64,000 bases of DNA from Chrysemys picta bellii (Eukaryota). Below, in pieces: positions 11,517 through 23,329 of this stretch. The notes beneath the pieces are model-generated. The model searched no databases. It was not told the DNA's origin and saw only the letters and a list, made by a program, of their open reading frames with translations. The stretch covers positions 22,816,001 to 22,880,000 of the forward strand of contig NC_088810.1 in assembly GCF_011386835.1 (NCBI RefSeq). Reading direction: 5' to 3'. The position numbers and the translations under genes were made by a program. Each line of letters begins with the position of its first letter. The stretch's first letter is position 1.

Positions 11517-11924
11517 GTAACAAAACAAACTGTTTTCTTCAATGGGTAACACCTCTAATTATTGCAATAGACTTGATCATGATTAATCAATTACTCAATT
11601 CCCAGTTCCACATAGATGACATGAACATTTCATCTTAAATCTTTATTGGCAAGATACCACCCTGGTATTATCCCTCTGATCTCCTTCGTGTTGACACAGG
11701 TATAAATCCAGTTCCATTTCATTAGTACTCCATTGAAAGACTTCAAAATAGGAGGGTGATTCAGAGGTGTATCAATATTACAATCTGCTGTGACATACAG
11801 GATTCCACGTTAGTTCTTTAAATTCCACACAGATGACATGAACATTTCAACCTTAAGTCTTTATGGGCAAGATACCTCCCCGGTATTATCCCTCTGATCT
11901 TCTTCACCCTTAAGATCTTCATTC

Positions 11925-13850
11925 ATCTGAAACTCAGAAAAGAGTCCTACAAAAAGTGGAAACTAGGTCAAATTACAAAGGATGAGTATAACTAAATAAC
12001 ACAAGGATGTAGGGACAAAATTAGAAAGGCCAAGACACAAAATTAGATTAAACTAGCTAGAACCATAAAGGGTAACAAGATAACATTCTACAAATTCATT
12101 AGGAGGAAGATCAAGGACAGGGTGGGCCCGTTATTCAATGAGGGGTAATAACAGTATCAGAAAATGTGGAAATGGCAGAAGTGTTAAATGACTTTTTATT
12201 TCAATTTTCACCAAAAAGTTTAGTAATGATTGGAAGTCTAACAAAGTGAATACCTGTGAAAATCATGTAGGATCACAGGCTAAAATAGGGGAAGAACAAG
12301 TTAAAAATACTTAGACAAGTCAGATGTCTTCAAGTCACCAGGGCCTGATGAAATACATGCTGGAATACTCAAGGAGATGACTGAGGAAGTATCTGAGCCA
12401 TTAGTGATCATCTTCAACAAGTTATGGAAGACAGGAGAGACTCCAGAGGACTAGGAAAGGCCAAATATAGTGCCCATGCATACAAAGGGAAATAAGGACA
12501 ACCTGGAGAATTACAGACCAGTCTGCTTAACTTCAGTACCCAGAAAGATAATGGAGCAAATAATTAAGCAATCAGTGTGCAATCACCTAGAAGATAAGTA
12601 GCAGTCAGCATGGAGTTGTCAAGAACAAATCGTGTCAAATCAACCTAATATCTTTCTTTGATAGGTTAGGGGGAAACAAAGGATGAGGTATAGCTTGATT
12701 TAGTAAGTCTTTTGACACTGTCTCGCATGACCTTCTCACAAATAAACTAGGGAAATTCAACCAAGATGGAGCTACTATAAGGTGGGTGCATAACTGGTTG
12801 GAAAACCATTCCCAGAGAGTAGCTATCAGTGATTCACAGTCATGCTGAAAGGGCATAATGAGTGGGGTCCTACAGAGATCAGTTCTTGGTCCAGTTCTGT
12901 TCAATATATTCATCAATGATTTTAGAGAATGGTATAGAGAGTACATGTATAACGTTTGCAGATGATACCCACCTGGGAGGGGCTGCAAATGCTTTGGAGG
13001 ATAGGATTAAAATTCAAAATGATCCGGACAATCTGGAGAAATAGTTTGAAGTAAATAGCATGGAATTCAATAAGGACAAATGCAAAGTACTCCATATAGA
13101 AAGGAACAATCAGTTGCACACATACAAAATGGGAAACGTCTGCCTAGGAAGGAGTACTGCAGAAAGGGATATGGGGGTCATAATGGATCACAAGCTAAAT
13201 ATGAGTCAACAGTGTAACACTGTTGCAAAAAAAGTAAATATTATTCTGGAATGTATTATCAGGAGAGTTGTAAGCAAGCCATGAGGAGTAATTCTTCCGC
13301 TCTACTCCATGCTGGTTAGGCCTCAATTAGAAAATTGTGTCCAGTTCTGGGTGCCACATTTCAGGAAAGAAATGGGCAAGTTGGAGAAAGCCCAGAGAAG
13401 AGCAACACAAATGATTAAAGGTCTAGAAAACATGAGCTACAAGGGAACATTGCAGAAATTGGGTTTGTATACTCTGGAGAAGAGAAGACAGAGAGGGAGC
13501 ATGATAATAGTTTTCAAGCACATAAAAGATTGTTAGAAGGAGGAGGGAGAAAACTTGTTCTCCTTAACCTCTGAGGATAGAACGAGAAGCAATGGTCTTA
13601 GATTGCAGATTGGGCGGGTTAGTTGGGACATTAGGAAAAGCTTCCTAACTGCCAAGGTGATTAAGCACTGGAATAAATTGCCCAGGGAGGTTGTGGAATC
13701 TCCGTCAATAGAGATCTTTAAGAGCAGGTTAGACAAACACCTTTCACGGATGGTCTAGATAAAACTTAGTCCTGCCATGAGTGCAGGGGACTGGACTAGA
13801 TGACCTCCTAAGCTCCCTTCCAGTCCTACATTTCTGTGATTCTATGCCTG
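11925..13850 (+). mobile_element. CR1 LINE, about 1.9-kb 3' portion, ORF2 disrupted
   Basis: RT motif remnants (ITFADDTHLGG, KCKVLHI, RPQLENCVQFWVPHFRKE) with stops and frameshifts; 3' tail ttctgtgattctatg. Confidence 0.9.
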
Positions 13851-13854
13851 AGCG

Positions 13855-14890
13855 GACGTTTTCAGAAAACTCCCCACAATAACTCCAAGATCTTTCTTGA
13901 GTGTCAACAACTAAATTAGATCCCATCATTATTAGTGTATAATTGAGATTATATTTTCCAATCTGTATTACTTTGCATTTGTCAACTTGAAATTCTACTA
14001 CCATTTTCTTGCCCAGTCACCCAGTTTTGTAAGATCTCTTAGGCTAGGTCTACACTACCTGCCTGAATCGGCGGGTAGAAATCGATCCCCGAATCGCCGC
14101 TCTTACTCCACCAGCGGAGGTGGGAGTAAGCGCCGTCGACGGGGAGCCGCGGAGGTCGATTTTGCCGCTGTCCTCACAGCGGGGTAAGTCGGCGCCGATA
14201 GGTCGAATTCAGCTACGCTATTCACGTAGCTGAATTTGCGTATCTTAAATCAAACCCGCCCGTAGTGAAGACCTGCCCTTAGTAACTCTTTGCAGTACGC
14301 TTTGCACTTAACTATCATGAGTATTTTGTGTGGTCTGCAAACTTGGCCAATTCAAAGTTTACCTCTTTTTCCAGATCATTTATGAATACACTGAAGAGCA
14401 CTGGTCCCAGTACAACTCCTTGAGGGAGCCCACTGTTTACCTCTTTCCACTTTGAAAACGAAAAGTTTCCTTTCTTCCCCTTTCCCATTATATATTAACC
14501 GGTTACTGATCCATGAGAGAACCTTCCCTCTTACCCCGTAACTGCTTAGTTTATTTAAGGGCCTTTGGTGCGGGAGCTTGTCAAAGTCCTTCTGAAAGTC
14601 CAACTACACATTCTCCACTGGATCACCCTTGTCCATACATTTGTGGACTGATTCAAAGAATTCTAATGATTAGTAAACCATGACTTCCCTTCACAAAAGC
14701 CATATTGACTCTTGCCCAGCGTATCACGTTCCTCTATATGGCTGATAATTCTGATCTTTACTACAGTTTCAACCAATTTACCTTGTACTGAACTTGAGAC
14801 ATTTTTAAAAATCGGCGTCATATTAGTTATCCGCCAATCATCTGATAGAGAGGCTGTTGTAAGCGATAGACTTTTTACCACAGTTAGTAG
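13855..14890 (-). mobile_element. Decayed CR1 RT fragment (paralogue of 520-1660) interrupted by a MITE
   Basis: DFQKDFDKLPHQRPLNKL and GKSQYGFCEGKSWFTN motifs. Confidence 0.85.
14042..14278. mobile_element. PIF/Harbinger-type MITE, 237 bp
   Basis: TIRs ggctaggtctacactac / gtagtgaagacctgccc; TTA TSD (14039-14041 and 14279-14281). Absent at the paralogous site near 1050-1060. Confidence 0.85.
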
Positions 14891-15490
14891 TTAGGCAATT
14901 TCATATTTGAGTTCCTTATGAACTCTTGGGTGAATACCATCTGGTCTTGGTGACTTATTATTATTTAATGTATCAGTTTGTGCCATTGTCCTGGTCATGT
15001 GTCCAGCACAGTATTGTAACCCAGAAGGTCTGTTTTCAAGGCCATTGAACTGATTGGAGAGACATTCATGGAGTTCCAAAGGGTGTTGGCTCAAACACAA
15101 AGTGTACAGCTAGGGTGGGGACACTAAACATGCAGAATAATGTCTCCCACCTTACAAGAATTTAGAAGGGTGAACTCCACCTTGCCGCTAATTAGATACT
15201 AGGAATTTAAAGAACTAACATGGAATCCTGTATGTCACAGCAGATTGTAATATTGATACACCTCTGAGTCACCCTCCCATTTTGAAGTTTTTCAATGGAG
15301 TAGTAATGAAATGGAACTGGATTTATACCTGTGTCAACGCCAAAGAGATCAGAGGGATAATACGAGGGAGGTATCTTGCCAATAAAGATTCAAGATGAAA
15401 TGTTTATGTCATCTATGTGGAATTGAGTAATTGATTAATCATGATCAAGACTATTACAATAATTAGAGGTGTTACCCATCGAAGAAAACA

Positions 15491-15622
15491 TGATAAGGTC
15501 TTAGTACAGAAAGGGTGTCTCCAATCCTTCTCATTGGCTATGAAGGCATATAAAAGTGCTTGCAACGCCGGGTTGTTCTATCCACTTCTCTTGACTTCAT
15601 CCCCTTGGTGAACTGGGTAAGT
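15491..15622 (+). promoter_or_regulatory. g3 core promoter, exon 1 and donor
   Basis: TGATAAG 15491, ATTGG 15533, TATAAAA 15549, GTAAGT 15617. Confidence 0.85.
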
Positions 15623-17736
15623 CTATTGAATTGAAATTACTCTAGTTGTTGCTTTAGAGATAGTTTAACTATGGACTGAACCTGCACCAACAGTCTGTGA
15701 TTTTAGCAATATTAAGGAGGTTAGGTCTTTCTTTCCGCAAATTTGTCTTTCTTTATAAATCCACAAATGGGACTGGGACATCCTTTCCCAATAATTATAC
15801 TAGGGTAGACGATGTAAATTTATTACACAATTATGAAACATTGCAGCCTTAAACTACTTTAGGAATAGACAGCATTATTCTGACCCTTTATAGATAGCTA
15901 TGATTGCCAGACCTTGAGCTGACTCCACTGGACTCACTGGTACTTGCAAGAGGGGATGATCTGATCCTGCTGTTTCCTAAAATGCTGGAGATCAATTTTG
16001 AAATATAACAATTGAAAAGCAAGTTGATTGTTCTTTTTAGTTTAGTAGACAATCTAGATCAAGATAAGTTTGAGAAGTTGGAAGTGATTTAGATGAATTC
16101 TCCTTCACAGCAATTCTAGCATCTTTGTTAGTGATGTTAGGAAGAAATTCTCCTTATGAGCAGTTTCCTCCATAAGGGCCATGTCAGGGCTTCTATAATT
16201 TCCTCAAAAGAGTGTGGTGCTGCAAAGCATTAGAGACAAGACACTGCATGAGTTCGACCACTGAGCTTATCAGTCTTGCAAAACGTAAAGGGTGTAACTT
16301 GTAATCTTTGATCCAGATCTATAGCTAGTGTAAATTGAAAGAGCACCTTTGAACTAAAGATAGCTATGATTACTTAGATCAGATGAGAGTTCTAGCCCCA
16401 GTTTTGAACTCATTTAAAAAGGACACTCGCATTATTAACAGTGTCTCTGCGCTTCTTTCTGATAAAAAGTTCCCAAAATGATTTGAAAATTTCCAGGCAT
16501 CTGTAATGGAAATATTTTCTACTGTGGGTTTAGTAATTAGACTCTGTGTTTTTGAACTCATCCCTCCTGGGCTGGTGAGAACAGAAGGTCCTGTGATCAT
16601 GGCAGAGGAAAAGGACTCAGGAAATCTGCATTAGGTTTCTGCATTTGATTTCCTGTGTGATCCTGGGTAAGTCCAATGGGACCAGCTTCTCAAACAGGTC
16701 AGCACTCAGACAGTGTAGCAGCAATGAAAGCCGAGCCTCTAATCTCCTGAAGCTACATTAACAAAGAGACTTAAGCATCTAAGGTCCCCTTTAGGCAATG
16801 AAGTTCAACAATAACGTGACACTGATGTCTTCCAAACTGCTAAGACTACAGGCGCCGAAATTCTCTCGGCACCTAAGTTTCTATCTGTGCACATGCACAA
16901 AACCACCAATGTCCTGATTCTCCCAAGGTGCTCAGTGTCCTGGCCCCAGAGGGAATTTCCCCCCGATCTCACCTGTGGCTCATAGTGCATTAGGTTGGCT
17001 CAGGGCACACCTACCAGTTCAAGACATGCCGCAGATACAATTAAGGGTGACCATAACAGGGCTTTGGTGGGCTGGTGGCATTCAGGTCTTCCAGAATATC
17101 TGATAGCCCAGTAGTTAGAGCACTCTGGTAGGATATAGGAGACCTGTTTTCATAATCTCACTCTGTCAAAGTTGGAGCAGGAACTTGACCCCAAATCTCA
17201 CACCTCCCAGATGAGCTCCTTACCTGTGGTTTTACTCTTTGTTTTTGTACAGTGCCTGTCACAATGGGCCCTATTCTCAGTTGCAGCAATTAGGAGCTAC
17301 TGGAATTTCCTAATGATCAATTCTGTCACAAATAGCAATTAGGAAGGCCTAAATTCTGCTTCCAGCTCATCCCATGACTCACCAATGATGGTGGACGAGT
17401 CACTTCCACCTATCCTCTGTGCTGTTAATATTGTTTCCTAGGGAAAATAACCACTCACTGCACCTGTGTGTTGTGCAGCTTTATGGTTGCATGAAGCAGT
17501 GAAAAGGTAACTTCTCATAAAACTGCTTGGAATTATTTTATTTCATTTTCGTTTCTGAAGCCTAAGGGGAAATGGGTGCAAAGGAATAGAAGGATATGTG
17601 GCCTTCAACAAAACTCATCTACTTACCTAGCCCCCATTACTCTAACACTCAAAGCCTGAATCTCTTTTTCCACTATTAGTTGTGTCTTACGTTTTCCTCC
17701 CTCCTGTGTTTTTCAGGATTCCCGCCATCACAGAAG

Positions 17737-18240
17737 ATGTCTTACTGCCCACCACAGGACTGTATTCCCGATATATGCCCACGCCCATATATTGACGTCT
17801 GCAATGAGCCATGTATCTCATCGTGCGGAGATTCAAATGCAGTGGTCTTTGCGCCACCAGTTGTTGTGAGATTCCCAGGACCAACTATGGCTACATGTCC
17901 TCAAGACAGCATCGTAGGAAGCTCCTTACCAAATATGCCAATTAGAGCTGGGGGCTTATATGGTTCCGGTGGCGGTTTCAGTGGCTCAATCACTTCTGGG
18001 GGTAGTTACGGTGGTGGTTTTGGAGGAGGTTACAGTGGAGGCTATGGGGGAGGTAGCAGTATTGTTTATGGGGGTGGAGCCGGGGGTGGTTATGGCGGAG
18101 GAGCTGGGGGTGGTTATGGGGCTGGTTATGGAGGCTCATATGGTTGTGGGGGCTCACGTGGTTATATCAGGAAGTCATATCGTAGCATTTCTGGGGGAGG
18201 ATATTCTGGATTCAACCGTGGGAACTGTGGGCCATGTTAA
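17737..18240 (+). CDS. Corneous beta-protein g3, 167 aa, subfamily A
   Basis: MSYCPPQDCIP... with CBP core. Acceptor AG at 17715-17716; intron 15617-17716. Confidence 0.95.
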   Translation: MSYCPPQDCIPDICPRPYIDVCNEPCISSCGDSNAVVFAPPVVVRFPGPTMATCPQDSIVGSSLPNMPIRAGGLYGSGGGFSGSITSGGSYGGGFGGGYSGGYGGGSSIVYGGGAGGGYGGGAGGGYGAGYGGSYGCGGSRGYIRKSYRSISGGGYSGFNRGNCGPC

Positions 18241-18682
18241 ACCCAGAAAAACCATCCATGGAATGAGAAACAATGAGGAAATGACAAGATAGAGATTCAC
18301 CACTGATCTAATGGACAATGATGCCTACAACTCGACTTGCAGACTGTGGGTGTTTGTCACCTCTGTAAATCAGGCCTATCTGTGTCTTCCACTTGTTACA
18401 TATTATTGTAGGTTTATGATCTAATGGTTTTGCAGCTTACTCTTATGCTCCTATTGTGCTTTGTCCTATTTGACATTGAACTGGCTAAAACAAGTCACTT
18501 GGCTGAAAAAGGGACATGATTTTCAAACTCAACAGCTTCAAGACAGAAAGCAGATCATCTTGTGTGAAAAGCCTCACTTTGGAGCGGGTGATTGCTTCTT
18601 GCTTGTATTGTACCCCTGAAAATACATTCTTTGTACTCTGCATTAATTCATTCTGCAAGTGTGTACTCCACTGCTCATTCCC

Positions 18683-18688
18683 ATTAAA
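18683..18688 (+). terminator. g3 poly(A) signal ATTAAA
   Basis: Homologous position. Confidence 0.6.
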
Positions 18689-19589
18689 AATTATTCTGCA
18701 TCATAGCATTGGCCTTCTGGTTTTCCTTTCTCCTCCATTCTTTCTATCCAAATCAGTTTGGGTGAAATTCACCCTGGTGCAGATGCTCTGTACATGCCCC
18801 CTGCACTACATCCCTCCAACTCAAGAGGATCCCTAAGCAGCAAAATACATTAACTGGTCAATAGCATGGTGCTGGCCATCTGCCCAGGGGAGCTATTCCC
18901 CCTTGTTCCAAAAGTCTCAGAAAGGAATTAGAATATATTTCCCTGCTCTAAATATTACATAAAATTGTAGACTCATTGAAATATAGGGCTGGAAGGAACC
19001 TTGAGAGGTTACCTAGTCCAGCCCCCTGTTCGGAGGCAGGACCTGACCTGACTGGTCTCTGATTACATGTCCTTATAAACCTTCAATGATGGAGATTCCA
19101 CACCTTCCTGTGGGAGTGTGACACCAATGCTTAACTATCTGTTCCCACGTCAGTCTGCTTTTCTCAACACTAAACAAGTCCAGTGTTTGGAACAAGTCCT
19201 CCGAGGTCAGGTTTCTAAACCTTTTGTCATTTTTGTAGCTCTCCTCTGGACTCTCTCTAGTTTTTCCACATCTTCTCTATTAAAGTGTGCTGGGGACAAA
19301 AGTCCAGGTTAGGCCTCATCCATGTCTATGAGAGTGGGACAGTTTTCTTCCTAAACCTCATGCTTTGCAATTGACTTTACTGAATTTCATTTTGTTTTTT
19401 TCAGATGAAGTCTTCTATTAGGGAAGCTCATTTTGAATTCTCATCCTGTCTTCCAAAGTGCTTGCAACCCCTCTCAGTGTCCTCTGCAGTGTCCTCTGTC
19501 CCTGTTATTCAAGTAATTAGTGATAATGTTGAAAAGTAAAAGACCCAGGATAACCTCTTGTGGGTCCCCGTTATATATAGCTCATCTTA

Positions 19590-19943
19590 TTGCCCATATA
19601 TAAATCCACGGTACGCCCACATCTTGAATACTGCGTACAGATGTGGTCTCCTCATCTCAAAAAAGATATACTGGCATTAGAAAAAGTTCAGAAAAGGGCA
19701 ACTAAAATGATGAGGGGTTTGCAATGGGTCCCATATGAGGAGAGATTAAAGAGGCTAGGACTTTTCAGCTTGGAAAAGAGGAGACTAAGGGGCAATATGA
19801 TAGAGGTATATAAAATCATGAGTGGTGTGAAGAAAGTAGATAAGGAAAAGTTATTTACTTGTTCCCATAATATAAGAACGAGGGGCCATCAAATGAAATT
19901 AATGGGCAGCAGGTTTAAAACAAATAAAAGGAAGTTTTTTTAA
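19590..19943 (+). mobile_element. CR1 ORF2 C-terminal fragment, relatively intact
   Basis: YKSTVRPHLEYCVQMWSPHLKKDILALEKVQKRATKM...RTRGHQMKL. Confidence 0.9.
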
Positions 19944-19964
19944 ACAACTAACAAAATCATCCAA

Positions 19965-20978
19965 AGCATAGGACTTGGTGGTGATGGGAGACTCTAACTA
20001 CTCAGACATCTGTTGGGAAAATAAAATCAGGGCACTGATAATCCAACTAGTTCTTGGAATGTATTGGACAGAATTTTTTAGTTCAGAAGGTGGAGAAAGC
20101 TACTCGGGGGGAGGATGTTCCGGGTATGATTTTGACAAAAAGGGAGGAACTGGTTGAGAAACTGAAAGTGGAAGGCAGCTTAGGTGAAAGTGAGCATGAA
20201 ATGGTAGACTTCATGATTCCAAGGAATGGTAGGAGGGAAAACAGCACAGTCTTGATAATGGATTTCAAGAAGGCAGACTTTAGCAAACTCAGGGAGTTGG
20301 TAGGTAAGATCCCATGGGAAGCAAGTCTAAGGGGAAAAACAGTTCAAGAGAGTTGGCAGTTTTTCAAAGAGACATTATTAAGGACACGAGAGCAAACTAT
20401 CCCACTGCATAGGAAAGAGAGGAAGTATGGTAAAGGAGCACCCTTGCTTAGCCAGGACATCTTCAGTGATCTGAAACTCAAAAATGAGTCCTACAAAAAG
20501 TGGAAACTAGATCAAATTACAAGGATGTCAAGAACAGATTGTGTCAAACCAACCTAATAGCTTTCTTTGACAGGGTAACAAGCCTTGTGGATAGGGGGGA
20601 AGCGGTAGATGTGGTGTGTCTTGATTTAGTAAGGCTTTTGGTACTGTCTGACATGAACTTCTCATAAACAAACTAGGGAAATACAAACTAGATGGAGCTA
20701 CTATAAGGTGGGTGCATAACTGGCTGGAAAATTGTTCCCAGAGAGCAGTTATCAGTGGTTCATAGTCAAGCTGGAAGGGCATATCGACTGGGGTCCAGCA
20801 GGTATCAGTTCTTGGTCCAGTTCTGTTCAATATCTTCATCAACAATTTAGATAATGGCATAGAAAGTACACAAAGTTTACGGACTATACCAAGCTGGCAG
20901 GGGTTGCAAGTGCTTTGGAGGATAGGATTAAAATTCAAAATGATCTGGAGAAACTGGAGAAATGGTCTGAAGTAAATG
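19965..20978 (+). mobile_element. CR1 ORF2 internal fragments, internally deleted near 20526 and truncated at about 20978
   Basis: MGDSNYSDICWE and [20 protein letters not shown] motifs; 20470-20978 parallels 11928-13058. Confidence 0.85.
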
Positions 20979-22831
20979 CTGACTTTAAAAATGTAATCCT
21001 GGGACTTTCAATTCCCCATATTGGACTGGAACACCCATTCCCAATGGTTATAAAAGGACAGGGCACTTAAATCCATTAGACAATTATGAAAAATCTCAGC
21101 TTTTAAGCCACTTTGGTAATGAACAGCTTTACTTAGTCTCACTCTTTAGATAAATACAATTGCCAGACCATCCGCTGACTTCACTGGACTCACAGCTATT
21201 TGTATGAGCCCATCGTCTGATCCTACTGTTTCCATAAAACATGGAGATCAGCTTTGAAATATATATATAACAATTGAACAGCAACTTGATTGTTCTTTTT
21301 AGTTTAGTACACCATCTAGATCTAGATAAGTTTGAGAAGTTGGAAGTGCTTTATATGAATTTTCCCTCAGGGCAAACCTAGCCCTTGCTTTATTGATATG
21401 AGGAAGAAATTCTCCTTATGAGCGGTTTCGTCCAAACGGACTATGTCAGAGCTACCACAATTTCCTCTGAAGGGTGTGGTGCTGCACAGCATTAGAGACA
21501 GGACACTGAATTAATTCAACCACTGATTTGATCTAGTATATCACCTGGGTGCAACTTGTAATCCTTGATTCAGATCTTTATCTTGTGTATGTTAAAATAG
21601 CATATTTGAATTAATGGTAGTCATGATGACTTACATGTATGATGACTTAGATCAAATGGGGGTTCTAGCTCCTATTTTGAGCTGTTTTAAAAGGACCCTC
21701 GCATTATTAACAGTGTCTCTGCACTTCTTTCTGGTAAATCTTTCCAAAATGATTTGAAATTTCCAGGCATCCACGATGGAAATGTTTTCGACTCTGGGTT
21801 TGGTAATTTTTAACTCGACCCTCCTGGGCTGGTGAGAACAGAAGGTCCTGTGGTCATGTCATAAGACAGGGACTCAGGAAAGCTGCATTCGGTTTCTTCA
21901 TTTGATTTTCTGTTTGATCTTGGTCACACTGAAGTCTTCCAAACTGGTAACATTGCAGGCACCTAAATTCCCTCAGCACCTAAGTTTCTATCCAGGCACA
22001 TGCGCAAAACCACTAAGGTCCTGATGCTGCCAAGGTCCTCAGTGTCTGGGCCCCAGTGGGAATTTCCTCGATTTCACCTGTGGGTCACAGTCCAGTCGGT
22101 TTTCTCAGCGCACACCTAGCAGTTCAAGACCTACAGCAGAGACAGATGAGGGTGACCACATCAGGGCTTTGGTGGGCTGGTGGCATGGGGTTGTCCCAGA
22201 ATATCCTTTAGAGCACTCTGCTAGGATATAGGAGACCCGTTTTCAGATTCTCACTCAGTCGGACTTAGAGCAGCAACTTGACTCCAGATCTCAGACCTCC
22301 CAGATGAACTCCTTACCCTCAGTTACTGTTTCTTACTCTTTGGTTGTATAACACCTGTCACAGTGGGGCCCTATGATCAGTTGCAGCACTTGGAAGCTAC
22401 TGGACTCTCCTAATGATCAATTCTATCACGGATAACAATTAGGAAGGTCTAAATTCTGTTCCGAGCTCATTCAATGACTCAACAATGATAGTAGGCAAAT
22501 CCACTGACCCTCTGTGCTTTTAATATTGTTTCCCAGGGAAAATAACCACTCACTGCACCTGTGTGTTGTGCAGCTTTATGGTTGCATGAAGCAGTGAAAA
22601 GGTAACTTCTCATAAAACTGCTTGGAATTATTTTATTTCATTTTCGTTTCTGAAGCCTAAAGGGGAATGGATGCAAAGGAATAGAAGGATATGTGGCCTT
22701 CAACAAAACTCATCTATCTACCTAGCCCCCATTACTCTAAAACTCAATGCCTGAATCTCTTTTTCCACTATTAGTTGTGTCTTACGTTTTCCTCCTTCCT
22801 GTGTTTTTTAGGATTCCCTTCATCACAGAAG

Positions 22832-23329
22832 ATGTCTTGCTGCCCACCCCAGGACTGTATTCCCGATATATGCCCATGCCCATATATTGATGTCCGCAAC
22901 GAGCCGTGTATCTCATCATGTGGAGATTCGACTGCAGTGGTCTATGCGCCACCAGTTGTTGTGAACTTCCCGGGACCAACTATGGCTACTTGTCCTCAAG
23001 ACAGCTTCATAGGAACCTCCTTACCAAATATGCCAGTTAGAGCTGGGGCCTCATATGGTTCCGGTGGAGGTTTCAGTGGCTCAATCGGTTCCAGGGGAAG
23101 TTATGGTGCTGGTTTTGGGGGAGGTTACGGTGGTGGTTTTAGAGGAGGTTACGGTGGTGGTCATGGGGGAGGTTACGGTGGTGGTTTCGGGGGTGGACTC
23201 AGGTGTGGTTATGGAGGCTCATATGGCTATGGGGGCCCATGCGGTTATGGCAGGAGGTCACAACGTGGCATTACTGTTTTGGGGGGAGGATATTCTGGGT
23301 CCAGCTATGGAAATTGTGGGCCATGTTAA
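22832..23329 (+). CDS. Corneous beta-protein g4, 165 aa; ORF intact but ancestral promoter, exon 1 and poly(A) region missing (expression uncertain)
   Basis: MSCCPPQDCIPDICPCPYIDVRNEP...AVVYAPPVVVNFPGP...NCGPC. Acceptor tAG at 22810-22811. I found no exon-1 motif between 18240 and 22800. Confidence 0.85.
   Translation: MSCCPPQDCIPDICPCPYIDVRNEPCISSCGDSTAVVYAPPVVVNFPGPTMATCPQDSFIGTSLPNMPVRAGASYGSGGGFSGSIGSRGSYGAGFGGGYGGGFRGGYGGGHGGGYGGGFGGGLRCGYGGSYGYGGPCGYGRRSQRGITVLGGGYSGSSYGNCGPC

Larger units (their letters stand above)
8125..18970. repeat. Head-to-head inverted repeat g2/g3 (arms about 8125-11815 and 15215-18970)
   Basis: Promoter, intron, CDS and 3' flank are reverse complements (e.g. 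ORF 10005-10190 + vs 16805-16990 -). Confidence 0.9.

Noticed and set aside
19590-20557. 117-aa and 167-aa ORFs as host genes or an active LINE
   Set aside because: They are CR1 ORF2 fragments in scrambled order with deletions; no full-length element.
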